DNA from: a virus | Lineage: Duplodnaviria; Caudoviricetes | DNA: 24,753 nucleotides | Virus record (IMG/VR): IMGVR_UViG_3300025718_000031 | Span: 1-24,753 of that record | Direction: 5' to 3' (one strand) | Part shown: positions 1 to 8,836 of the stretch, piece by piece | Layout of the letters: each line of letters starts with the position of its first letter | How positions within the stretch are numbered: the stretch's first letter is position 1 | Translations under genes and position numbers: made by a program | Notes under the pieces: generated by a model | Database searches by the model: none | The model's input: only the letters and a program-made list of their open reading frames with translations | Told to the model about the DNA's origin: nothing

Positions 1-2
1 CT

Positions 3-1595
3 AGGATAGATTTTGTGGATAAGGAACAAGAGGGAGTAAAGGTAATTTTGAAGTCCTGTACAGGGGCTATGGTAGAAAGAATTGGTTTGGCAACTGTATT
101 TGATGATGTAAAAGCATTTAAAGGTTTTTTAGGTTCTTTGGATTTAAGCTTCACGGGGTCCATAGGAGATTTAACAAATTTTAAAATATGGGTTAATAAT
201 TACTTTGCCTTAAACGTTGAGGAAGTCCATACAGGAATAAAATTCCTTAAAAAGAATGATGTTCGGATGCTAATAACAAATGATGGCGCGATGATGAAAG
301 GTAGAATTAATAAATCTATAAAATGTGAAGAGGGAACTGAGGTTAATATCGCAGATATAGAAGATATTAAAGCTGAAGAGATGCGAGACGTGATGAAAAA
401 TTTGTTTACATTTTCAACATTTGAAAAAACTTTCAGTATAGTTGGATCAATAGTTAACTATCTTGCAGTAGAGCAAAGTCAGGAATTAAAATTAAAAAAT
501 CATATTCTCTTTATCATCGGGGAAAGTGGAGGCGGAAAGAGTACTATTTTAGAAAAGGTTATAGCTCCTATACTAAATTACCCACTTAAAGATAAAAATA
601 GTATTGGAATTATTTCTCCATTTGCGCTTATAAAAAATTTAAGCGATGGCAATTACCCTTCACTCTTTGAGGAGTACAAACCGAGTAAAATGGACAACTA
701 TAAAGTTGCAAAATTAAGTGAAGTATTTAGAAATTTATATGATAGAACAACAGTTTCCAGAGGAGATAAGAGCTTTAAAAATAAAACTTTTCAGTTTAAC
801 AGACCGATGATACTGGTTGGGGAAGAATCTTATCCCAATAGTGAAAAGGCATTAATGGAAAGGTCTTGCATAATTTATGTGTCGATGAGAGAGAGAATTA
901 AAGAGCACACACAAAGCATGACATGGCTTGCCAACAATGAAAGCATATTAAATAAACTGGGCAAAAGTTTAATAGAAACTATATTGGAATTAAGTACAGA
1001 GGATTATAAAAAAATAAGAGACTCCATAAAAATTAATAAAGATAGGCTGAAAGATAGAACTTTAAACACCGCCATTAATATATGCAGCGGCATAGAAATA
1101 TTTAATCTGCTGCTGAAAAAATTAGGGCTAAAACAAATATCTGGTTACACAGAGTGCATTATAAAGAATATAGAAGAAGAAGTTTTGGACAATAGGGAAG
1201 AGGTTTTATCTCAGGTTGAATTAATGATCAAGCAATACAATTCTATGATAGAAGATGGTAGAGCTAGAGATATAAGTACTGTAATTCAAAGAATTGGCGA
1301 TGGATTATACATTAAAAGCTCAGAAATGTTGAACCAAATAAATGAATATCTTAGAAATGTTAATAGTACCTGGGTTCCTTTGGATTTGAAAGATTTCAGA
1401 AAACAGGCAATGAAAGCAGGATATTTAACAGGTAAAGGGAATAAATCTATAAATATTAGTGTAAACGTAGAAAGAAAAACAGTAAGGTATGACACTTGTG
1501 ATATTAATTTATTCCGCAAATTGGACGTAAATATGATAATTTCTCAAGAGATAGAAGAGGTCAACGATTCAGATAATGTGATTCCATTTAAATGA
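3..1595 (+). CDS. Phage primase/helicase-associated P-loop ATPase, 5'-truncated
   Basis: Frame is open back to the window edge. Walker A GESGGGKS, Walker B-like SLFEE, later MILVGEE and ALMERS motifs; followed by an iteron-like region. Confidence 0.75.
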   Translation, partial: RIDFVDKEQEGVKVILKSCTGAMVERIGLATVFDDVKAFKGFLGSLDLSFTGSIGDLTNFKIWVNNYFALNVEEVHTGIKFLKKNDVRMLITNDGAMMKGRINKSIKCEEGTEVNIADIEDIKAEEMRDVMKNLFTFSTFEKTFSIVGSIVNYLAVEQSQELKLKNHILFIIGESGGGKSTILEKVIAPILNYPLKDKNSIGIISPFALIKNLSDGNYPSLFEEYKPSKMDNYKVAKLSEVFRNLYDRTTVSRGDKSFKNKTFQFNRPMILVGEESYPNSEKALMERSCIIYVSMRERIKEHTQSMTWLANNESILNKLGKSLIETILELSTEDYKKIRDSIKINKDRLKDRTLNTAINICSGIEIFNLLLKKLGLKQISGYTECIIKNIEEEVLDNREEVLSQVELMIKQYNSMIEDGRARDISTVIQRIGDGLYIKSSEMLNQINEYLRNVNSTWVPLDLKDFRKQAMKAGYLTGKGNKSINISVNVERKTVRYDTCDINLFRKLDVNMIISQEIEEVNDSDNVIPFK

Positions 1596-1602
1596 TTTGG
1601 GG

Positions 1603-1944
1603 GTGTTACAGTTGTTACACCAGTGTTACAGTAAAATTCAAAAAGTGTAACACCTTCTAAATTAGGCTATAGGCTATTTTTAAGCCTCTCTTTATATATA
1701 TATTACAGTATTACAGTATTATATAAATATATATATATATACATACACAGTTACCTTACTATATACTCTCTATATATATATGCATAGTGTTTTTTTAGAA
1801 AGTGTAACACTTTTTAAAATAGCTTCAAAATAAGGCTATGATTAGGTTTGAGAGTTTTGAAAAGTGTAACAGTTGCAAAAAGGCTTAAAATGGCATCAAA
1901 GCCAGTGGTACGTAAGGCTAGAGTACATTTCAAAAGTGTAACAC
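1603..1944. repeat. Putative replication origin: TGTTACA/TGTAACA repeats around an AT/TA-rich core
   Basis: TGTTACA at 1604, 1613, 1624; AAAGTGTAACA at 1642, 1799, 1861, 1933; TATTACAG twice at 1701 and 1709; (TA)n tracts ~1693-1782; directly after the helicase-like gene. Confidence 0.7.
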
Positions 1945-1978
1945 TTGATAGATTAGGAGAGTAAAAAGGGGTGTAAAA

Positions 1979-2128
1979 GTGGCTAAAATTGATTTTAATG
2001 ACATGTATTTAGGTAGAATTAATCAAATTAACATAGATATTAAGGTTGCTATTAATAAAAAAGACTGGAAATTGAAAGCAAAACTAGAGGCTGAGAAGAA
2101 AATTAACGAGGAAAGAATTAATAAATAA
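1979..2128 (+). CDS. Small hypothetical protein (49 aa, MAKIDFNDMYLGRINQ...EERINK), not in the ORF track
   Basis: GTG start after AAAGGGGTG RBS; open to TAA at 2126-2128; fills the gap before the activator. Confidence 0.65.
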   Translation: MAKIDFNDMYLGRINQINIDIKVAINKKDWKLKAKLEAEKKINEERINK

Positions 2129-2155
2129 AGCTAAAAGCACTAAGGAGGTACGAAG

Positions 2156-2575
2156 TTGGATCTATATAAGAGAACAGAATCAGTATTGTATAATTATAAA
2201 AATACTCTTGCAGAGATTAAAAATATTGATTTAGAAATAGAGCATATAGAATACGTTGGATGTGGTGCTATGAGTTATGAAGAAAAGTCAGCTCCAACTA
2301 ATCAATTCAGTAGCAGTGTTGAAAATGAAGTAATATTAAGAGAAAAGAAAAAACAGCAATTATCCTATTTAAAAGTAGAAAATGTGTTATTAGTTAGTAA
2401 AATAAATAATGCATTGGAAACGTTGGATGTAAGATCACATGATATTATCTCAATGAAATACTTTAATAATCTTAATTATAGAGATATAAGTATTAAGCTA
2501 GATCTGACAGAAGAGTATATAGGCAATCTAAAGAAGGAAATTGTAAGGAAATTGAGTGGTTTAATATTTGTTTAA
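2156..2575 (+). CDS. ArpU/RinA-family late transcriptional activator
   Basis: N-terminal TESVLYNY, S-S-V-E-N-E-V motif, C-terminal sigma70-r4-like HTH (IISMKYFNNLNYRDISIKLDLTEEYI); last gene before packaging; AAGGAGG RBS with TTG start. Confidence 0.85.
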   Translation: MDLYKRTESVLYNYKNTLAEIKNIDLEIEHIEYVGCGAMSYEEKSAPTNQFSSSVENEVILREKKKQQLSYLKVENVLLVSKINNALETLDVRSHDIISMKYFNNLNYRDISIKLDLTEEYIGNLKKEIVRKLSGLIFV

Positions 2576-2618
2576 TATTGTATATGTTCCATATCATAGT
2601 AGTAAACTATAAATAGTG

Positions 2619-2650
2619 AAAGAGTATCCAATGCGGGTGCTCTTTATTTT
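2619..2650 (+). terminator. Intrinsic terminator ending the early/middle operon
   Basis: AAAGAGTATCC-AATGC-GGGTGCTCTTT hairpin with G-U pairs, then ATTTT. Confidence 0.75.
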
Positions 2651-2686
2651 GTTGTATATGAAGCATATGTATCTATAGAAAGTTAC

Positions 2687-2727
2687 TACAGAAGAATACA
2701 GAGGGAATATTCCTATATAGGTATAAT
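2687..2727 (+). promoter_or_regulatory. Putative activator-dependent late promoter
   Basis: TATAAT at 2722-2727 with no consensus -35; TACAGA direct repeats at 2687 and 2697 (10-bp phasing) in the -35 region. Confidence 0.55.
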
Positions 2728-2797
2728 TGTATTGAATAAATTAAAATGTCTGTATTACGTCGTAAGGGTGTCGGATTGTAGGGAGGTGAAGTTTTAA

Positions 2798-3208
2798 TTG
2801 ATTTGGGATGAAAAGAAAGAAAAGGCACTTGAATTAATGGTTGAGAATCAGCTTAATGATACTGAGATTGCTAAGGTTGTAGGGTGCGCAAGACAAACAC
2901 TTTATGATTGGAAGAAGTTAGAGGAGTTTACTGCAGAGCTAACTCAGCGACGACTGGCAAAAAAGAAACGCATATTAGAGTTTGGTGAGGTTATCCTATA
3001 CAACAGCTATGAGATAGCCTTAAACAAGATAGCTTACGACATAGAACATGGTAGTCCAAGGAATAGTCTTATAGCTGCTATGTGGTGGGCTGAGAAGATA
3101 GGTGGCAAGCCAACGACTAAGGTTGATATAAGCAATACTACTGAGAACAAAGATGTAGTTGGCAGGGATGTACTGGATGCTGAGATGAATGAGTTAGACA
3201 ATGATTAA
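2798..3208 (+). CDS. terS: Terminase small subunit (N-terminal HTH, phBC6A51-like)
   Basis: HTH DTEIAKVVGCARQTLYDWKK, C-terminal GKPTTKVDI; first late gene; GGAGGTG RBS. Confidence 0.8.
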   Translation: MIWDEKKEKALELMVENQLNDTEIAKVVGCARQTLYDWKKLEEFTAELTQRRLAKKKRILEFGEVILYNSYEIALNKIAYDIEHGSPRNSLIAAMWWAEKIGGKPTTKVDISNTTENKDVVGRDVLDAEMNELDND

Positions 3209-3291
3209 GAATATGAATAGAATATGAACAAATAAGGTCATAATGTCACTGTTTATGTAGTACGTGACGCAAACCCATTGGATTGGTTAAA

Positions 3292-3325
3292 TAAATGTCG
3301 CGAAAGTTTCATTTCACGACATTTA
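3292..3325. repeat. 14-6-14 inverted repeat with dif-like geometry
   Basis: TAAATGTCGCGAAA-GTTTCA-TTTCACGACATTTA, one mismatch between arms. Confidence 0.8.
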
Positions 3326-3511
3326 CAATTTGTTCATAATTAAAAAAAGAAAAAATAAATGAGGGGGGTAACCTTCTAAAATGAAAAAATCCCAAAACCC
3401 CCAGGTTGGGTTACACAGTTTCTATAATATTTTTTTAGGTTGAAGAACCAGTCAAGCCTCTTAATAATGCTCAAATAGACTGGACATTTTATTGTAAATG
3501 AGGTGAGAATA

Positions 3512-3715
3512 GTGAATGGTAAAGTAAAACTAAAGCTATTAACTTACTGGAAAGATGAAAACCTTGAATGTTGTTGCCCAAGTCACAATAGATGCAACAA
3601 AAATCATGGGTGTGAAGAACTTGAATTTACATTAGATCCTTATGCAGATAGTAAAGAGTGTATGAAGCATGATAGCCATATCAGAATTAATGGTAGAGTG
3701 CAACAAAGAAGGTGA
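3512..3715 (+). CDS. Small Cys/His-rich hypothetical protein
   Basis: GAGGTGA RBS at 3500-3506 favours GTG 3512 over 3503; CCCPSHNRC..HGC and CMKHDSH motifs; ends 5 nt before terL. Confidence 0.65.
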   Translation: MNGKVKLKLLTYWKDENLECCCPSHNRCNKNHGCEELEFTLDPYADSKECMKHDSHIRINGRVQQRR

Positions 3716-3720
3716 GTTAA

Positions 3721-5478
3721 GTGGAAGATATAGAAGTAGATGAACACAAAGTTAATAGGCAATTATTATATAAATATTTAAAAAAAATATTTCCACGTGA
3801 CAAAGCAAGAGATTTAATGAATAAACATAAGGACCATTTATTTGATTATCATGGTTTAGCTTGGTCTGTTGGTAAAAGATCTTTAGAATTTTTCTGTATG
3901 TATTTTCTTCAGGATGTATTCCTGGTTAAAGAAGATAATGCTGCAGCTCCAATAGCAGAAGTACACAGGGAACTCTGGGAAGATATACAAGAGTCTATAA
4001 TTGGTGAGGGTCCTGAACAAATAGGAAGAATACTTCCTAGAGGAACAGGTAAAAGTGCTTTTGGTACTTTTGCTACTACTATTTGGTGCCATTGTTATGA
4101 ATTTAAGAAATATACTTTGATTTGTTCAGACATAGGCAGTACTGCTGAGAAATTCATTAAAGATATAAAAAACACATTTTTAAATAATGAATACATTGAA
4201 AAAGCTTTTGGAAAGCTCCTGGATGATAAAGATAAAAGATATATTTGTAATTCTACACAGTTAGAGTTCACAAATATATCTTTTTTAGAGGCCATTTCTT
4301 CAAGCTCTCCCATGAGAGGAAGAAAGTATGACAACACAAGACCTGATCTTATTATACTTGATGATTACCAATCCGAGGATGATGTAAGAACTGAAGATGC
4401 CAGGTTGAAAAAGTGGAAGCGCTTCAGTGATGATGTTAAGTATGCTAGTCAGAAAGCTTTATATCGTGCAGGCAAGAGAATCAAAAGAGGCACTACCTTT
4501 GTTGCTGTTGGAACACTGCAGCATAAAGAATGTTTCTATAGCCGGTTAATCAAGCAACCAACCTGGAAGTTTAAAAATAAAAAAGGTGTGCTGATTGATG
4601 ATTTCATAGATGAAGAGGGTAAATTAGTTAACGGACTTGATCATTATTTTGATACTGGCCTCTGGAAACAGTTTAAGGATATTTTATTTGACTTTAAAAA
4701 TGAGAATCACTTAGAAGATGCAAAAGAATTTTACTGGTGGTATCAATCAGAGATGCAGTTCCCTATGTTATGGTCTGAATTTTGGGATTGTTTAGATATG
4801 GCCATGCAATATTATGAAAATCCGGCATCATTTAAGCAAGAGGTTCAAGGTGATGTTAATAGCATTGGTGAGAAATGGTTTAAGACAGTCAGAACCGAAA
4901 CGCGCGCTGAGATTGAAGCACATACATTTATTAAAACAATGTTAGTTGTAGATCCTGGAGCAACAGCAAATGTTACATCCGATTACTCATCATTTTTAGT
5001 TGGTTCTGAGGGTGAAAATAAATTAAAGTATGCTCGTAAGGCAGAACTTGCAAAAATAAATGCAAGAACTAATTTTGATGATTATATTAAGCATATGGTA
5101 GATTTATTAAAGGAGTATCCTGATATAACTCATGTATCCATTGAAAAAAATACATTTAATGGTGCTGATGCTTTTCAACTTGAGAAGTCAATTGGTGAGG
5201 ATCCTGTGTTGAGGTCCAAAGGCATAAAGATTATCAATGATGCTCAGAAGAAAAATAAAGATGATAAAATTAGTACAATAATACCATCTATGAACAAAGG
5301 AATGATTGTGTTTGCTGAAGAAGATAAGGAATTCACAGACCAGATATTAGAGTTTGCAGGGCAAAAATTTTCAATTCATGATGATGCTCCTGACGTAACT
5401 GCAGAATTTAACTTGAAGATTGATGAAATAAAAGTAGTTCAGAAAGCAAAACCATTTGATAGGAGTAAATTAATTTAG
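3721..5478 (+). CDS. terL: Terminase large subunit
   Basis: Walker A PRGTGKS, Walker B LIILDD, RNase H-like VVDPG...SDYS, terminal HDDAPD. Confidence 0.95.
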   Translation: MEDIEVDEHKVNRQLLYKYLKKIFPRDKARDLMNKHKDHLFDYHGLAWSVGKRSLEFFCMYFLQDVFLVKEDNAAAPIAEVHRELWEDIQESIIGEGPEQIGRILPRGTGKSAFGTFATTIWCHCYEFKKYTLICSDIGSTAEKFIKDIKNTFLNNEYIEKAFGKLLDDKDKRYICNSTQLEFTNISFLEAISSSSPMRGRKYDNTRPDLIILDDYQSEDDVRTEDARLKKWKRFSDDVKYASQKALYRAGKRIKRGTTFVAVGTLQHKECFYSRLIKQPTWKFKNKKGVLIDDFIDEEGKLVNGLDHYFDTGLWKQFKDILFDFKNENHLEDAKEFYWWYQSEMQFPMLWSEFWDCLDMAMQYYENPASFKQEVQGDVNSIGEKWFKTVRTETRAEIEAHTFIKTMLVVDPGATANVTSDYSSFLVGSEGENKLKYARKAELAKINARTNFDDYIKHMVDLLKEYPDITHVSIEKNTFNGADAFQLEKSIGEDPVLRSKGIKIINDAQKKNKDDKISTIIPSMNKGMIVFAEEDKEFTDQILEFAGQKFSIHDDAPDVTAEFNLKIDEIKVVQKAKPFDRSKLI

Positions 5479-5492
5479 GAGGTGATAAACAA

Positions 5493-6833
5493 ATGGAAAA
5501 ATTAGAGCAATTATTAAATTCCTGTTATGGCGATTTTAATAATAATTTATTTAAAAATAAAATGATGTGTGACTATTACAAAGGTAAAACTGAAGCTTTA
5601 GAAAATTATAAGATGGTGACTGCTAGATCTAATTTAAAAACTAGAGTAAATTACATTAAAAAATTTATAAAAGAAGAAGTCTCTTATACTCTGGGAAATA
5701 AGATTTCATATTTGAGTAAAAGCAGCAATACAAAAATAACTGATGCTATTGAATATAATTTATCACATTGGTCAGAAAAACATGATCAAAATTTATTAAA
5801 AAATAGTTTGAAGTATGGTGAAGCTTATGAACTTTATTATATTAATAAACTTGGCGAGTTTTGTTCGCGAATACTTACTCCTTTAAATGGTTATGTACTG
5901 GAAAATGAGGATGGAGATATTGAATTAGCACTTCATGTTTTTACAAAGAAATTTGATACTACTATTTTTATTGATGTTTATATGGAAGATGTAATATTGC
6001 ATTATAAGGGTGGTATTAGTAACACTTGCTTAATAGGTAATGATGCCCATTACTTTGGAGAGGTGCCTATAAGCGTTTGTGCTATTTCTGAGGAAGTAGA
6101 AGATGATACTATATTCAACGATATTAAAGGGCTCCAGGATGCATATGAAACTAATCTATCTGATATAACCAATGAAATTTGTGATTTTAGAAGTGCATAT
6201 TTGGTAGTTACTGGTGTGGATATAGAAAACAGTGACTTGCCAAAAATGAAAGAGCTTGGAGCAATACAGGTGCCTAATAAAGATGGTACTGTAAGTTGGC
6301 TTATAAAAAATATAAATGATAGTTTTATCCAGAATACTTTAAATACTTTAGAGGATAAAATATATCAAATGTCTGGCCATATTAATTCTAATGAGCAATT
6401 GTCTAGTAATACAAGTAGTTTAGCCTTAAGGACTAGACTTATTTCTTTGTCTTTTGTTTGTAGTTTAGATGCAAAGGCAATGACAAACTGTATTAAGAAT
6501 AGGCTTAGGATGTTATTTAAATATTTAGCTATAATAAGCTCTGGCAACTATGATTATAAAGATATTAAGCAAGTATATACTTATAATATTCCTTCTGATG
6601 ATTTAGTAACCGCACAGATTATTGCGCAACTAGGTTCTAAGTTATCCACTGAAACTGCAATAGCTCAATTAAGTTTTGTGGATAACGTTAGTGATGAATT
6701 GAAAAAGATTTCCAAAGAACAGAAAGCTAATTCTATTGGAAATGCTTTATTGAACCCTCCAGTTGATACAGTGGTAACCAAGCCTGTAATAACTGAGCCT
6801 ATAGTAACTGATCCATCGGTGGTGACTGAATAA
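5493..6833 (+). CDS. Portal protein (SPP1 gp6-like)
   Basis: Follows terL; DYYKG, YGEAYELYY, LQDAYE...SD, LSTETAIAQLSFVDNV motifs. Confidence 0.93.
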   Translation: MEKLEQLLNSCYGDFNNNLFKNKMMCDYYKGKTEALENYKMVTARSNLKTRVNYIKKFIKEEVSYTLGNKISYLSKSSNTKITDAIEYNLSHWSEKHDQNLLKNSLKYGEAYELYYINKLGEFCSRILTPLNGYVLENEDGDIELALHVFTKKFDTTIFIDVYMEDVILHYKGGISNTCLIGNDAHYFGEVPISVCAISEEVEDDTIFNDIKGLQDAYETNLSDITNEICDFRSAYLVVTGVDIENSDLPKMKELGAIQVPNKDGTVSWLIKNINDSFIQNTLNTLEDKIYQMSGHINSNEQLSSNTSSLALRTRLISLSFVCSLDAKAMTNCIKNRLRMLFKYLAIISSGNYDYKDIKQVYTYNIPSDDLVTAQIIAQLGSKLSTETAIAQLSFVDNVSDELKKISKEQKANSIGNALLNPPVDTVVTKPVITEPIVTDPSVVTE

Positions 6834-7702
6834 TGGATGAGGAATACCGTAAACAAATAGAACAAATTAAAATTGATGAAGAAGAACTTGCAGATAAAGA
6901 AATGAAATCAGTTTATGCAGAACAAAGAAAGGCATTAAGCACTCTTGATATTATGCTTGGTGAAATGTTTATTAAATATTCCATTGCTGGATTGCTTGAA
7001 ATGAATCCCCAACAAATAGCCGGCATGGGTATCGCTGAGATACTTAAAAATATTGGTAAAACATTAGGTGAAGCAGAAGTTAAAACCGCAACTTCTATTT
7101 TAGAAAAAGCTTATGCGGATACTTATTATAAAAATGCATTTATTATGGATTCAGGCCTTAAAGTTGATTTGAAATTTGATATTTTAAGAAAAGAGTTTAT
7201 TGATGCTGCAGTGAATACAAAATTTGCAGATGAATTGTTTTCAGATAGAATTTGGACAAACAAAGCGGATATGATAGATATGCTTCAGACTTCATTGATT
7301 GATACTATGCAAGGTAAGACAACAATAGATAAAGCCGGTAGAAATATTAGAGATACTTTTAATGTTTCTGCTTATGAGAGTCAAAGACTTATAAGAACTG
7401 AGAATGCAAGAATACAAAGTCAAGCATCTATAGATATTGCAAAGAATACTGGTGTAAAACAGCATATGTGGAGTGCTACTCTAGACATGAAAACAAATTC
7501 AAAGGATGCTAGTTTAGATGGGAAGATTTATAATATTGGTGATCCTAAGGAACCTGAAAACCCATTGCATCCTAATTGTAGATGCTGCTGGATAAACGTG
7601 CCATTCAATGGATGGTCCCCTGCCAAACGCATAGACAATGTAACTAAACAAATGATTGATTATAAAAGTTATGATACATGGTTAAAAGATAAAGGTATTT
7701 AA
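6833..7702 (+). CDS. Minor head protein (SPP1 gp7 / Mu gpF-like)
   Basis: FSDRIW, RLIRTE, WSATLD..T, PLHPNCRC motifs; TAATG coupling to portal. Confidence 0.92.
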   Translation: MDEEYRKQIEQIKIDEEELADKEMKSVYAEQRKALSTLDIMLGEMFIKYSIAGLLEMNPQQIAGMGIAEILKNIGKTLGEAEVKTATSILEKAYADTYYKNAFIMDSGLKVDLKFDILRKEFIDAAVNTKFADELFSDRIWTNKADMIDMLQTSLIDTMQGKTTIDKAGRNIRDTFNVSAYESQRLIRTENARIQSQASIDIAKNTGVKQHMWSATLDMKTNSKDASLDGKIYNIGDPKEPENPLHPNCRCCWINVPFNGWSPAKRIDNVTKQMIDYKSYDTWLKDKGI

Positions 7703-7724
7703 ACATCTGAGAGGATGTTTTTTT
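7701..7724 (+). terminator. Terminator-like hairpin after the minor head gene
   Basis: AAACATCT-GAGA-GGATGTTT plus T run; GNRA loop. Confidence 0.65.
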
Positions 7725-7787
7725 ATTATAAAAAATTAATGCACTCTATGGACTTATGTACATACAGGGCAGAAGGAGTAATAAATT

Positions 7788-8387
7788 ATGGATTTACAAG
7801 AAATAAAAACATATATCGAATCAAACAAAGATAATGCCGAAGTTAAAAGCTATATTGGAGGTTTCATAACATCTGATAGAGTTGATACATTTTTAAATAC
7901 TGACGATGGCAAGAAATTACTACAACCCAAATTAGATTCATATCATGGCAAAGGGTTAGAAACTTGGAAAACTAATAATTTATCTAAGTTAGTTGATGAG
8001 GAAGTTAAAAAGAAATTCCCAACCAAGGATCCAAATGAATTAGCGCTTGAGAACATGAAAGCAGAAATGGAGAAGATGAAAACAGAATCTTCCAGAAAAG
8101 ACCTGAAGACTAATGCTATGAAAACACTTAGTGATAAAAAACTACCTACAGACTTGGTTGACTATTTTATTGGAGCAGACGAGGTTACAACAAATGCTAA
8201 TCTTACTAAATTTGAAACCATACTCAATGCAAGTGTTACCTCTTTGGTAGCTGAAAAATTAAAAGGTGGGTATACACCTCCTAGCGAAAAAGGTGGAGTA
8301 GATCCAAACTCTATGGGAATGAAACTTGCACTTCAAGCTCAAGAATCGCAGAAACAAGCAGCAACAACAAAAAATTATTTTGATTAA
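7788..8387 (+). CDS. Capsid scaffold protein (DUF4355-like)
   Basis: Helical, K/E-rich; LETWKTNNL and KLKGGYTP motifs; precedes decoration and capsid genes. Confidence 0.85.
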   Translation: MDLQEIKTYIESNKDNAEVKSYIGGFITSDRVDTFLNTDDGKKLLQPKLDSYHGKGLETWKTNNLSKLVDEEVKKKFPTKDPNELALENMKAEMEKMKTESSRKDLKTNAMKTLSDKKLPTDLVDYFIGADEVTTNANLTKFETILNASVTSLVAEKLKGGYTPPSEKGGVDPNSMGMKLALQAQESQKQAATTKNYFD

Positions 8388-8404
8388 AAAGGGAGGAAAT
8401 TATT

Positions 8405-8812
8405 ATGAAATTTAATTCAACAAGTTATACAAACAGAAATGAGATTTTAAAATTTGCAGATCACTATGTGTCTATTCCAGTTATGGTAGACGATGCTGGT
8501 ATAGTTGCTAATGCCGATGGTAAAAAACTAGTACTAGCAGGTACTATAATCGGTGGAACTGGTTCAACTAATACTATACTTGCTAATGATACAGTGTTGG
8601 CTACTAAGCATAATACTCAGTCAGGTGCCACAACTGTAGCTGGTTCAGGAGTAGATGCTGAGGGTGTACTTTTAAATGATGTTGATGTTACCAATGGAGA
8701 TGCTCCAGGAGCAATGTTAATTCATGGATTTGTTAATTTAAGCAAATTACCAGAGGTTCCAAGTGCGGATGCAATCGCAGCTTTAAAAACTAGAATTACA
8801 TTTTTAAAATAA
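8405..8812 (+). CDS. Head decoration protein
   Basis: GKKLVLAGTII, GVLLNDVDVT.GD...A.LIHGFV...LP pattern; between scaffold and capsid. Confidence 0.8.
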   Translation: MKFNSTSYTNRNEILKFADHYVSIPVMVDDAGIVANADGKKLVLAGTIIGGTGSTNTILANDTVLATKHNTQSGATTVAGSGVDAEGVLLNDVDVTNGDAPGAMLIHGFVNLSKLPEVPSADAIAALKTRITFLK

Positions 8813-8836
8813 TAAAAAGAAGGAACGGTGATATAA

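Noticed and set aside
1603-1944. CRISPR-like reading of the spaced AAAGTGTAACA repeats
   Set aside because: Repeats are only ~11-16 bp, spacing is irregular (157, 62, 72 bp), orientation is mixed and no cas genes are present.
2589-2599. CATATCATA resembling a sigma-E/K -10 element
   Set aside because: No convincing -35 and it points straight into a terminator with no ORF.
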